A stretch of 64,000 nucleotides of DNA from Camelus ferus. Lineage: Eukaryota. The position numbers were made by a program, and so were the translations under genes. The notes below the pieces were generated by a model. That model was not told the DNA's origin. It did not search any database and was given only the letters and a program-made list of their open reading frames with translations. This document shows positions 1-14,525 of the stretch, in pieces (the first letter of the stretch is position 1; the number at the start of each line of letters is the position of its first letter). The stretch lies in the NCBI RefSeq assembly GCF_009834535.1, contig NC_045697.1, forward strand, positions 33,234,001-33,298,000. The letters run 5' to 3'.

Positions 1-389
1 AACAAATGAAATGTAGAAATAGTTTAGCAAGAAGAATGATCATCTATAATGAATGACCTCAAATTTCAAATAAAAAATAATGTCTTTAACTTGATAACAG
101 GATTTCTCCCCTTCATGGCAAAACCATACAGTCATGCTTTACTCAGATGGTGGGAATTTGTAACCATATATAGAGGACAGTGTAATAGATAGTAAAAACA
201 TAGAAGAAAGATGAAACACAAACTTTTAGCTTTTTGCCTAGCTCACGCACAACCTGTTTCTCCTTATGATCCCCAGCTGAGTTCTCACTCACTCTCGTCT
301 GGGTCAGTTTTCTCCCGCCTGGACCAAGCAGGCTTCCTTTGTGCCCTCCAACTCGGCTTGACCTCACCAATCATTAGACAAACTATAGC

Positions 390-940
390 CACAGGGATTA
401 TTTTAAGACATAAATTGGATCACATCACTCCTCTGCTTAAATCTCTTAAATACTATCTCATGAAACCTAGAATAAAATCAACACTTCTTGCCATGGTGTC
501 TTTTTTTTTGTTCATTATGTACGAGTCCCACTGAAATAACTTGTATTCAGAGTACTTCTTTGTTTGGCGACTGTGGTCATGCTACTTCCTCATCTGGAAT
601 GCCTTCTGTCCATCCCGTTTTCCATGTGAGCAATCTCCTCTCAAATTTTAGTCTTGGTTAAAATGTCATTTCCTCTGAAAGGCCTTCTTAAACACTCTAT
701 CCAATGTTGTACTGGCTCCCCATCTACACTTGTTCGTAGCACCCAGTTTAATCTCATCACAGCATTTTTCAAAATGAGGAAATTCTTTAATTGTGTGATT
801 ATCAGTCAGATAATCGTCCTTTCTTATTGGAATGGAAGTTCAGTGAAGGCTGGTGATATTTCTGTCTTGTTCACCATCAAAACTCACATGATTCCTTCTA
901 TGAGGGAGGCATGTAATATGTGGCCAATTAATGAAACCTG
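390..940 (+). mobile_element. L2 LINE 3' fragment
   Basis: L2-like segments (ggatcacatcactcctctgcttaaa, tctggaatgccttct) and a degenerate tail near 930; boundaries approximate. Confidence 0.6.
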
Positions 941-2525
941 AAAATATTTATTCAATAATAGTATTTAATAAAAACTGAAAAGGCATTTACCTGCAGTTCT
1001 GTACTAATATAAATACACTGCTAGCTATCTAAATGCAAACAAAATTGAGCCTGCAATGAATTATCCAAAATAGTGAACTGTGTAAATCAGTATTAGAGAA
1101 CCAATTGGCCTAGAACAGAATTTCGAGGATCAGTATTTTGATTAAGAATTCCCAAAATATTCAAGTAAAATGAGATACGAAAGCCCAGGAGGCCCTGAGG
1201 ACAGGCCAGGGTTTCCTGTCCTTCATGGGCATTGGGTTTCTCCCTCACCGAGGAGGCAAACTTCCAGACCTGGCTGGAGCATAAAAGGAAAAGGGGTGAG
1301 GGATTACCAGTTGTAACTTTATGAAATCGATGAAACAGCTTTCATTCAGGAATGACGCATGGAGTCTCCAGTTATAAACAAGGGTAATCCTCGAGGGTCC
1401 AACTGGTAGCAGATGACAGCTAACACTTTTTGAGCACTAGGATGTGTCAGGTGGAGTGTTAGGCCTAACGGTGTCACTGATGACAAGCTTCACTGCTGGA
1501 TAAGAAGTAAGTTCTGTTATTAACCCCATCTTACAGAATAAGAAGTGGAAGCTAAAGAGCTTTTGTGACATGACCAGGTCTCTTGTCTACTAAGTGGCTG
1601 AAAAAACATCAAACTCAAAATGTGTGTGACCTCCAAACCTCTGTTTTTAACAGCACGGTATGGGACTTTATCTCTGAGGAAGCTGTATGAAACCTGGGAG
1701 TGCTTTTTCTTAAAATATTCCAATTAAAGTTTTAATCACTAGGTTAACCTTCTAGAAGGACTCTAACCCATAAAGTCCTAAAATATAGTATTTATATTAT
1801 TCTTATTTCAATTATACCTAAACATCATTTAAAATGATAACAAATTGCCCTTATACAGAATTTGGACCCTGGGATATTCCTTAACCTCTCCCTGCTTCAG
1901 CTTCTAGCTTTAAAAAGGGAGATAATTATACCTAAGCCATAAACTAATACCTAAAATAATTATACCTAAGCCATAAACATAATACTTAAACTGCTGTGAG
2001 AATCAAATGAACTAATGTATATTTGAGCTACCTTGAAAAACATAGCCCCATAGTGGAGAGTAGTAGGTTTTAACTTTTTTAGAAGCTAGACAATGACTAC
2101 TGGCTTATAAAATGCATAGATAATATACTTTATATCTTTGGAAGAAGACATAGACATTGCATGAAGCAGCTTAAGGACGATTTTGTGGAAGAAGAACATA
2201 TAAGTTGGGGCAGGCATTATGGAGTAAGGTTTAGACATTTATGCAAAGAAACATAAAATGTAAAATATCCTTTAGGAGGAGGAGTCTACAGATAAAAACT
2301 CTGTATTAACTCTTACCAACATCCTTCCCACCTCCCCCCTGAATACCCTTCAATTGTACATACATACTGAGGTGATATTAAAAATATTTAACAAACTCTA
2401 GAGCAGAGGCACTAACAAATGAGAACAGATACTCTGACCAGTCTGAACGGACATCAGCTATAAATACCCAAAAGGGCTGTGCCAGTGTAGCAGCCAAACA
2501 TCAGTCCTGTGTAATTGTACTTATT

Positions 2526-2573
2526 TTTGTTTGTTTTGTTTTGTTTTGTTTTGTTTTGTTTTGTTTTGTTTTG
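2526..2573. repeat. (TTTTG)n pentanucleotide microsatellite
   Basis: About 9 consecutive ttttg units. Confidence 0.95.
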
Positions 2574-4891
2574 TGTTACCCAATCAGTATTGGAAACCAT
2601 AATAAGTAGTGATAAAAGTATTCTACTAAATGTCTGTAACTTTATTGACTTAGCTACAGCGAACAAAATTTCACCTTACTTTTTCTTTGCTGTTCAAATT
2701 ATGGCTTCAATTTCTGAATATCAGAGGCAGACTTAGTACTTGATAAGATGATGGCTTTGGCTTCAAGATGTTCCCTTGGAGCTTGGAAACTTGAGTATTT
2801 TCAAAATCAGTAGTAAGGAAAGTGTAACAGCCATGACTACTATCTTTAGTCAAAACCCAGTGGTGGGCACCTATAATTTCTTCCCAATGTATTGAATGAA
2901 GGGAGGGCACCTCCATGGGGCTAAACCTTCTCAATTCCTAGCCATAGCCCAGCAAAGCCTTTCTGGCTCAGAATCTTACAAAATCTCATTTTAAAAAATA
3001 AAATAACTCCCCCTTCATCCACTTGAAAATAATTACCACAAATCTACAGTAAAGCAAATTGTTCCTATCTATTTAAAATTAAAATCATGTGTATAGAGAA
3101 AAAATACCGTTAAATTCATAGTTGACTTCTAAGAATTTGTAGCTTAATTCTAAGATCTTCTAAATCAGAGTATATACAGGCAACATATTCTATTACTGTT
3201 CTTTGTAAGACATAGATCTGCTAGTAATACTACCAAAAATTTCCATACTCTAGGCCATTACTAGAAGATATTACTTTGCCCTATTCATTACTTACTTCTA
3301 TCAAAAAGAATGAAGTTGATAGTGACTTACTTCTATCAAAAAGAATAAAGTCTTCTTTGAATACCATGAAAACCTCTGATCAAGCCAGCAGGCTGCATAC
3401 TTGGACCACATGATTTTTATCCCACTTGACCAATTTTACTTTATTTAATGTAACCCCCTGGCTTACACTCAGTTCCTCAGAACCTTGAAGAGGAATAGTG
3501 TAAGGAAGTTTATTGCTGTGTTAACTGTTCAAACCATTACTCGTTTATATTGCTAGATATTTCAGTCATCCATGTATTGGTAGCAAAAGTCGTAAGAGTC
3601 ACTTAAAATGAACAGAAACTAGCAATGCCAGCCTAAATCTGTCTACCCTCCTGTCTTCCTTAACCTGTGAATGATACCACAGTTGATCCAGGAACTAACT
3701 GATAACCAACCCACATCGGTCACCTAGTTGGATCCATTTTATACAAAATCACATCTACTGAGACATCAGTTCCCACTGCAGTAAGCACCCCTTCCATATG
3801 CTTCCATTACCCCCTTGTGCTTGTCTCTACAGTGGCATGTAGACTTTTTTCCACTTCTTTTTTTCCTTCTACTTTACTGTAAGCTCCTAGCATAGTTCCT
3901 GGCATGGCACAGGCTCAAAAAATGTTTACTTCATGACAGATGAGTGACATCTACTAGAATGATTGCTAAGATAATATGTATTAATGTATATAGCACATAT
4001 AAGCATACAGTCTATTTTATAGAATAACAGTAAGTATTCATTTGATTAATAGAAACGAATCCCAACAGTGTGTTCCAAAATTCTATTATGTACTTATCCT
4101 GAAAATCCTCAATTTTACCATCTATAGATGGAGGAAACTGGGAAATCATGAAATAAGCTCAACTGAAAAATAGTGCTGTAGAACTTCCACACGTTCGTGG
4201 GAGCTGTTTTACTTGTGATTGGGACTCATGTAAGTGGGAAGCAGGAAAACATGACTATACAATAAAACAGTAAGAGGTTTATTTTTATAAATGATCTGGG
4301 GAGAAAAACTAAATTGTGCTGCTATAGGATCTATTAATTCTGTTAATTATGCGGAATGAAAAGGAAATAGAACTCATATGAATTAAACTTTCTATCTTTA
4401 AATGACTTTTACAAGATCCAGAATAGTCTGAGTTTGTTATTTTATTAGAGTGTCCAAATATATATTTAAAATTTCAAGTCTGGAAAATTCTTGATTAAGA
4501 AATCAAAATGTCTTACACCATCGTGGCAAGGCAATCCTGGCTTCCTTAGAACATTAGATAAAATAATGTGTTAACAAACTGAGCAAATGCTCTAGCTAAA
4601 ATAGAGACAGACACCTAGTAGTGAAGTGACTTGTACATAAAAAAAAATAATAATCACATGTTTTCAGAGTTGGAAAGAATCTCAAGAGATTGTCTCTTTG
4701 AAGAAGGAAATGGAGCTCTCATAAATATAACAGACTTTGGGAAAACCCCAGGTTTCCAAAGTGGCAAATCTATGCTTTTTCTACATATCATGTTGCTTTT
4801 TTTACAGTTATTGTGGTTATTAGAAAAAACATTACTTGTAAAACAGCAACATGCCCCCTGGTCAGATAATGTTACTGTTAACTGTCTGCTA

Positions 4892-5101
<210 letters not shown>

Positions 5102-6349
5102 CTACAAGAAACATCAATATAAAATTCATTACTGCGTTCATTGGGAAAATGTTGACATTACTTGCAACAGTACCCAGCTTTCTCTAATATAAAACCCGTA
5201 TGATATAGTTTAAAAATAAGAATTTAATGTAGGAAAAAATTTATTTTTTCCTGAAGAAATGTATACTTCCATTTTTTGGTTAAAGAAAAATGTGCCCCCC
5301 GCCCCTGCCATGAATTACACTCATAGCCAAGAAGCTCAGAATTTGAGTCTCAGATCCACTAGCTGTGGACTTCAGTTAATGTTCTGGCCCAAATGGTGAA
5401 CATATTTGCAGTCTATTTTCCTTCATCCTGATTCTCTACTTCTATTTCTATTTTATTTTATAATAATTTAAGTACATGCATGCATTCTTTTGGTAAACTG
5501 CCTGAAATGCTTTGGGAACAAGGCAAGATGTTTAAAGATGCAAATAAATGAATAAAAACACTTGAAATGTGATGTTTTCTATGAATTGCATGGAGTGAAT
5601 CACAAAACAATGGTACATTTCATGTTAGTTTAGATATTATGTTGCTATGTCTGTGTTTTAAGAAATTTAATATATAGTGTATTTCCAGAGAATATGCTTG
5701 TCTTGGCCAGTGTAGAACCACTGACTCAGATTTAGAAATAAAAACAATCTTGAGATGAAAGTTTTTTTTTTAATTCAAATAAACTATGTGCTAAATGTTA
5801 TGATAGGGATTGGCAGAGAAATAATGAATAGGACAAAACTATTATCTTCTTAGCTCATGTTTCAAACAGATTTGTTTACAATAAAAGTATAATTTCATGA
5901 GGTTGCATAAAAGGAATTTATGCCAGGTACTGTAGAAACATAATGGGGTGGGGGTGGCAATTAGATTCAATTGGATAGATCTTAAGGAATAAGTAGTTAG
6001 GGAAGGAAGGAGAGGGCAATTTAGCAGGAGAAATCAGCACATCTAATGTCATGGAGATGTGTAGAGGCATAGATATTTTGGGATGTTTGTAACGGCTCAA
6101 GGAAGAATATGAGCATGGACTTCAGATCTGTGTTCAATCTTGGATTCACCATTTGTTAAATGTGTGATCCTGAGCAAGTAACTTTCCTTGACCAATCTTC
6201 TATTTCCTCATTCTAACATAGAGATGCTCCTAGGCACATAGTAGTAAGTGTATAATAGATAATATTTTTCTTATTATTCATCATGTAAACAAACATATGA
6301 TAAAGATATATATTTAGACCATATTAGCTGAGCTGCTTGAAGAATTGCT

Positions 6350-7900
6350 TTCAACAATTCATTCAAGAGCTAAAAAAATTAAATGATCAGATTTCTGTTT
6401 TAGAAAGATGACTGCATTACTGTAGAAGATGGATTAAAGGGAGACATAATTAGAGATAATGAGGAATAAAAAGTCTCAATGAGAAATGGCAAGGGCATGG
6501 TCTACGACATAAGTAGGAGAATGGACACCACTGGATGACTAGTGAGATCTTAAGGGACACTTCCAAGTTGGTATGTGAGATTAGGTTTTGCCATGAACTG
6601 AGATATAGATTTTAAAAAACAGGCATGGATAGGGAGGAAATATTAAATCAGTTTAGGATATTTTATGTTTGTTTATTTTTTTGTTTCACCTTTTGTAAAA
6701 GCTATGTAAAGCTTGTAATGTTATATTCATGTAGAAATGCCCAGGGAATAGGTTGGATCTATTAATCTAGAAGTTAAAAGACAGGTATGGGGTATAGTTG
6801 TAGATAATAACTGTGGAAGGTAAGATAAAGGCATGGGCTGTAGATTTGATTATACTTCATTAATTCATACCATATTTATTGATCAATTACTATATGCAAG
6901 GCCCTGTGCAAAGGACAAAGGATTTATTAAAATAAACATGGTCATTATTATTATATCAATGAAGGAGTTGAGACATAAAAAGGCAATTACAAACTGTGAT
7001 AAAGGATCAAATGCAGAGGGTATTATACACAGCTACAGAGTGACCAAATCATTCCAGGTTGAGGGGAGCAAGTGTTCAGAAATTTCCTGAGGGTTGCTAT
7101 GTGTGTTGAGGATGAGTAGGGCTTGTCTAGTTGGAGACAATAAATGATGGACAGCGTGCTAGTGTTGCTGACATTACTAGAAATATCATCAGTAAAATTG
7201 TAAAAGTGAGATTCACGTAGTGAAGAGTAAAATAAAATAAGATAAAATATGATAAATTTGAATGCCTGTCTCTTTGGGGATAAACAAGAGTGGATGCTAG
7301 GGAGACCAGATCTACTCTGAACTCAGGTAAAGAATTTCAAAGAATAGAATGAATAGTAGCAGCTGTCATGATTTGAGGAAGGAAGTTGATACTCTAAGGC
7401 CTGTTTTAAGGTCTGAAAGAAGAAAAAAAAAATTGGAGACTTGGGCCTGAAATGGAGTTCTGGAGCATAACCACAGTCAATGGTTATGTGGGGATCCTTT
7501 ACAAAAAATGGAAAATTATTATCTGATCTGAAAATGTGGAGGTTACTGGTGTCCTTCAGACTCAGGACAATAAATGGAAAGGGAATCTGATTACAGTGGA
7601 TTGAGAATTAAATTGAAAGTGAGAACAAAGACGTTGTAAGCAATGCTTTCAAAAAGCTTAAATGCAGAAAAAGAGGGCTGGATCTGATGATGGCACAGTA
7701 GGTGATACAGTATCTGGAGAGGGTCTGGTTTTGCTTTTATGGTAAAATAAGTATATTAAGCATCTTCAGAAACTTGAAGGAGGTGTTTGAAAAGGAGAAG
7801 ATGGCTTAAAAGACATAAGAAGAAAACAATAACTGATGGCTCAAGGTTGAAAAAGGAACAAAGGGATCAAGAGCTGGATTGGAAGAATTAGTCTTGAGCA
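6350..7900 (-). mobile_element. Highly diverged L2 fragments
   Basis: Purine-rich L2-antisense-like tracts (atgatcagatttctgttttagaaagatgact; ttcattaattcataccatatttattgatcaattactatatgcaaggc); boundaries approximate. Confidence 0.5.
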
Positions 7901-8039
7901 AGTGGAAGAACACTGGGTAAGAGAGAAGGTTCCAGAAGAACTTGGGAAGTTGTATAAACAGATTCTCTCATATATGAAAGGGAATAAAAATTTGAACTTG
8001 GATTATTTGACTCAGCACTACATTTTTAGAATGATAAAG

Positions 8040-8230
8040 CTGTAAGTGGAGTAAGCCAGAGAGAGAATATGATGTTGCTTAAATGTGGAGTCTAAAAAAA
8101 GGACACAGTGAACTTATCTACAAAACAGAGGCAGACTCACAGACATCGGAACAGACTTTCGGTTGCCAGTGGGTAAAGAGGGAGGGAAGGGATAAATTGG
8201 GAATTTAAAAATTGTTTTAACTTAAAAAAA
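8040..8230 (+). mobile_element. Short L1 3'UTR fragment with A-tail and probable TSD
   Basis: L1 3'UTR motif gaacttatctacaaaacagaggcagactcacagacat; aatgataaa at 8030-8038 and 8231-8239. Confidence 0.8.
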
Positions 8231-10436
8231 AATGATAAAATTTTGTTGTCTAATTTCACACCTGAGGCTAAAAGTAGTGTGCAAACTTGTGCAAGATCTC
8301 AGAGCAAGGTAGGCTTTGTTTTCTAATAAAGGGCTCAAATGTGGCTTGAGTATGATGTGAGTGGATTTATTTGTTTATCTGCGAAACTTAACTCTAAAGG
8401 TCATCACAGCACGATCTACACGTAAACTGTATGTTAAATACACATATCTTTTTTTCAAACATACAATAATAATATAAATCTGTGAGTGATTATTTTTTAG
8501 AGACAGACTAATACTTGCCAGTTAATAAACCTTTAGGAACTTTTTATATGCTCTTTGGATTGCCAGATAATTTAAGTGCATTTAATCAAATTTAGTAACT
8601 TCAAAAAAGAGGACTTCTATCAGCCTGGTTAAACTGAAAGGATGCTAGTTTGGCCTATCAATAAAAACTTTGTATTTCAGGAAAATTACTGTTTTCCCCT
8701 TAAAATTTAAATGTAAGGAAAACTAAAGCAGAAGTAAATAGCATTGAAATACTTTCAGGCAGATGCACTAGCTTGGGGCACCCTACTAGATTTTCTTTTA
8801 GTCTAAGGACCTGATTCTTTCCAAGGAAATTTTAGGAGACACCTCCCAAAATTCATTTGAATTATGAAAATGTATTGAATACCCACTGATATAAATTTAC
8901 CATTGCAAAGTTTACCAAGTTGCAATTTACCATTGCAAAGTTTTAAAACAACTTTCCATGAAGACAAAAAGTCTTCTCATTGGTATTGCATTGCCAGATT
9001 TAATATCAGAAACTCTTTTATTATTTTATTCAATAAAACTGTCTGCAGTGTCTACTAAGGACCTGGCACTGTGCTTGGTACTCTAGCTACGGACAAGTGA
9101 TTAACAACAAGCAATGTGCCTGATGTAATGTCTCCTTTGATTTAACCACTGAACTTGAACCACTTAGAACTGAAATAATAGAAACTTTGTTAGTTGTTTT
9201 ACTTCAAATTAGGTTGGAGCATAAAGAATTTCGACCTGGATTTATTTTCACTGTGTGGGATCGGATATGTGGGTAGACTTAAATCCAGCATTAGTTGGGA
9301 GTAGGCTATTAGCTGATTTTCAAATGAATTATCAAGCATGTGTTTTTTGCATTGATAGGTACTTCTGTTTTCCAAGTTCAGGTATAATATTTGATATGCC
9401 AAATCACAATGTTGACTTAAATGGCAGCCTCATAGAATTAAAAATAACATATCAATCTATTTCTATATGGGACATTTACACCACAAACCACTATTTATCT
9501 TTTATGACATATTTACAAAGCATTTTATCTTCAAAAAATGTTAGTATGAAAGTACATGTGTAACTGACATAAGTAAAGGAAGTAATTGCTTATATAGAAA
9601 TGAAAAAGCAGTATACTATATGGGGAATGAAAACATAAGTCAACAATAAAATGTAATGGAGATGGTGAAATAACCTAGAAAACTAACTATAGAAAATTAA
9701 TCAGATTTCCTTTAATATTTACTCATTGGTTATTAGTATGCAAAACATAGCCTACAAAATGAAATAAACCAGCACTCTTATTAAAACTTCTACAGTTTAC
9801 AAAATTAAGGAAAAAGAGCAAGACTTTTAAATTATAGCATCAATTGTTTGTATACTTAAACTGCAATATGGTCATAGAAATGAGGAAAAATATTTATATT
9901 CAAATAATTGAAAAAGAAAGAAAATCAGCAAGTATGTTATTCCAAATATAACGGAAGAAATATTTAGGTAGATACGCTATTAAAAAGAAGCCCTCCAAGT
10001 AGAACATTTTACTACTATTAAGAATACTTTCTATCTCATTGTGATACATCCAAAGCCTCCACTTAAGGCAGATGAATAATAATCTATAGAATAAGAAAGG
10101 AAACAGCTGTTGTATCAAAGCACAAAACTCCTACTTCCTTCAGTACCTGAAACCTAAAAAAGGACACCAATAATTCCCAAAATGTTAATCTTACAAACAA
10201 AAGGTTTTCCCCTATAGACTACACAAGCAACTTAAAACATCTAGCATTCCAGTATCTATGTTCTTATTCCATACAACATGGGAGAGATTGCAGTGCTGCC
10301 TGATGTTTTGTATCCAGGCAACAAAGAAAAGAGTAGGAGGAACGTAACTTAGCCCACTGATAGGGCCTGAAATTCTGTAACAAGTAAAGTTAATACCTTC
10401 TTTCTTTTGCAAATCCTTTTTACTATAAAGCAATGT

Positions 10437-10672
10437 GATGCTTCAGAGCATGAACTTCATGGTCAGGCAGATCTGGGTTCATGTATACTGATTGACTAGT
10501 TGTGTGAGCTTGAGCAAGTAAATAAATTCACTTAGCCACAGCTTCTTCATCAGAAACAAATGAGAATTAAAAAGAGACCCTAGTTAGAAAGTTGTAACAA
10601 TTACATGAGAGAGCATATGTAAAAATCTCAGTACAGTGCTGACACACAGTCAGAGCTCAGAAGGTGCTAGCA
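10437..10672 (+). mobile_element. MIR SINE
   Basis: agagcatgaactt...atctgggttc...tgtgtgagcttgagcaagtaaa...cttcatcagaaacaaatgag MIR core. Confidence 0.75.
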
Positions 10673-10739
10673 AGTGGTTTTAACGGAAGTAATACTGCTT
10701 CAAGCACTCCTAAAGGATTTCATGCAAGAGCACACTTTA

Positions 10740-11168
<429 letters not shown>

Positions 11169-12522
11169 CTAAAATAAACAAACAAACAAACAAAAATATT
11201 CTGGAAGAAAATAGTGCAAAATTAACTATAATAAATGGTTATTATAATTCTTGAAGGGATGACTCTGAAATGCTTTCTTTTTTTTTGTATAAATTCCTTT
11301 TTTTCTCAAGTATTGTTGAGGTTAGAAAGCCTGGTGAAACTCAAGTTGAATTTACAGTGAGGGAAGCTGGTCCTTGATATTGACCCATCGTCTATTAACA
11401 TTAATTTTTTAAAAATCCTACATAAAGCTTCGCATTAATCTGTTCACCATTTATTGAATCATGCTAAGCAGTGGATCAATTATCCACAGTAATGATCACA
11501 ATGGAACTACAATTAAGAAAGTCTTCATTCTAAGTATAGTTACCTAAGTATGAAATTAATTCTGAATTGCCTAGTATTAGTATTAAGACAGTGTCTTTCA
11601 CAATGTAGCTTAGAATCTATAGAAAATAAAGCAAACAACTAAACCTCAAACCGTAAAAAAACATGAATCACTGTTTTTAAGGAATATTTTATACCTCTGT
11701 TGGTTTAAAAAATAATCTCGTTCCTTTCATTATAAAGCTTTTCTGCCTATGGTCAGGGAATCACAACGGTTAAGTGACAAGAACCAACAATTCAGGAGGT
11801 ATTTACAACATCAGCAGTCAAAACGTCTACAATTACCTGTTTTACCAGAGATCCAATAGAGGATTAATTATGTGCATAGGGGATACATTAAATTGAAAGA
11901 GAATTAAATGTTGAAGAAATGTTCATTCATATATCGAAATTTTTATGTTTTATTTTTTACTTTCCCTTAGGATAAATAAAACAGCTTTTTTCTCATCCAC
12001 AGTAGAGTTAACAATTCAAAATACCAATAATTCTGTTTAATCATGAGTGAATGCATCTGGGAATATGATGGTAGTAATAAGAATGAAAGGTAGAAAAATA
12101 AATTTAACTCACCTGCTGCTGAGTCGAATTTAAAAAACACATTTACAGAAATACTGTGTTTGCATGCATCAAGCTGTGAAAGGTTTTAGATTGCGAAGAT
12201 GTTTTCTTTTGAGAATTTGGTACAGGAGAATAATTAAATAGAATACAAGACAGATACACCCACATACATACCCACAAACCACAACCATATCCTACTGTAA
12301 ACACACACACACATATATGTATCAATGCAAGTGACATATCAATATATGAAAATATATTTAACTTCATCAGCATTCAAGGAAAAAAAGCAATAGTAAGATG
12401 CATTTTTAAAACAATATTACCAGCAAAATGTTAGCAAAACTTCAAAAGATTGATACTATTCTGGTGTTGAGGTGAATATGGAGCGATGGACATCCTCTTT
12501 GATAGGAATTACGAATCGGTGC

Positions 12523-14525
12523 ACATCTAAGAAACTATTGCCTAATCCAAGGTCATAAAGATTTAGAGTTATATTTTTTTGAATTTCATAATTTTAGTTC
12601 TTACATTTAGGCCTTTGGTCCATTTTGAGGTGACTTTTGTGCAAGGTAGATGTCCAAATTCATTCTTTTGCATGTGGATAGCCAGTAGTCCCAGCACCAT
12701 TTGTTGAAAAGACTTTTCTTTCCCCATTAAATGATCTTAGCATTGTTGATGAAATCATTTGACCACACAAATATGAGTTTATTTCTGGACTTTCCATTCC
12801 ATTCCATGAATCTACATGCCTGTCCTTATGCAAATTTCACACTGTTTTGATGACTTACAGATTTAGAATAAGTGTTGAAATCGGAAAGTGTGACCCCTTC
12901 AACTATGTTATTCTTTTTCAAGACTGTTTTGGCCATTCAGGGTCCCTTACACTTCCCTATGATTTTATGGCTAGTCTGCTCATTTTTTCAAGAAAAGTTA
13001 TTGCAATTTTCATAGATATTGGCTTGTTTGGGGTAGTTTTGACATCTTAACTATACTAAGTCTTCCAATCCCCAAACATGGGCTACCTATCTATTTCAAT
13101 TATGTATACATATATAATCACCATTTATTTAGTGTTTCTTTAATTTCTTTCAACAATATTTTGTAGTTTTCAACGTACAAGTCTTTCATCTTTAAACATA
13201 TTATTTATAGGCATTTTATTCATTTGGATGTTATATAAACAGAAATATCTTCTTAATTTCCTTTTCAGATTGTTCATTGCTAGTGTATAGAAACAAAACC
13301 GATTTTTTACGTTGATCTTGTACCCTGAGACTTTGTTGAACACATTAGCTCAAATAGTTTGCGTGTAGTTTACTCAGAATTTCCTGTATATAAGAAAGTG
13401 ATCTGCAAATAGTGTTTTACTTCTTTCTTTCCAAATTGAATGCCTTTTATTTATTTTTCTTGCCTAACTGCTCTGTCTAAAGTTTGCAGTATGATGTTGA
13501 ATAGAACTGGTGAAATCAGACATCCTTATCTTGTTCCTGATGGTAGGGCAAAAGCTTTTAATCTTTCATCTCTAAGTATGATGTTAGCTGTGGGCTTTTC
13601 TTAAATCTGCTTTATTGAGCTGAAAAAGCCCTTTTCTGGTGTTAGTTTGCTGACTATTTTTATCATGAAAGATGTTTTATTTTGTTTTTCAGAGTCTATT
13701 GAGATAATTGTGTTTTTTCATGTTCCATAAATATGTTGGAATTACATTGACTGCTTTTTGTATGTTGAACCAATCTTGCATTCCTCAGGTAAATGTCACT
13801 TGGTCATGTTTTGTAATCCTTTTCATATGTTTGTGGCTAGCTTCAGTTCGTTAGTATCTTGTTGAGAATATTTGCATCTATACTCTTAAGGGATATTGAT
13901 CTGCAGGTTTGTTTTTTTTTCCCTTGTGATTTCTTTGGTTTTGTTATCTTGGCAAAGCTCCACAGGATGAATCAAGAAGTTCCCTCATCTATTTTTTCAA
14001 AGAGTTTGAGAAAGAATTTTGTTAATTCTTCTGTCAGTATTTGGTAGAATTTGCCAGAAAAGCCATCTAGCCTTAGGCTTTTATTGATTTTTTTTTTTTT
14101 TTTTTTTTTTTGCTTGCTCACTTCAGGGCTTATTATAGATTTATTCACACTCAAATCAGTTTTGGTAACTTTTCGAGGAATTAGTCCCAGTTATCTAATT
14201 TTTTGGCATACAATTGTTCATAGATTCCCTTATAATCTTTCTTATGTCTAAATGTCAGTAATTATGTCCCTTCTCATTTCATGATTTTAAAATTTTGAGT
14301 CTTCTCTCTTTTTTTCTTGATCAGTCTAGCTAAAATCTTGACAATTTTGTTGACATTTTCAAAAACCAACTTATGGTTGGTTTTCTCTATTATTTCTATT
14401 CTTTGTACCATTTATCTCTGTTCTAATTTTTATTAATCCCCTTCTTCTTGCTCTAGGTTGTTATTCATTTATTTGTTTGTTTGTTTGTTTTTAAAGTAGA
14501 AGGTGAGGTTGCTAATCTGAGACCT
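12523..14525 (-). mobile_element. Old L1 (L1M-type) ORF2 fragment, about 2 kb, disrupted
   Basis: ORF2-antisense motifs (tcccagcaccatttgttgaaaagac, gtatgatgttagctgtggg); ORF 13972..14154 contains an ORF2-like DGFSGKFYQ...EELT...KLFEKI remnant. Confidence 0.9.
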
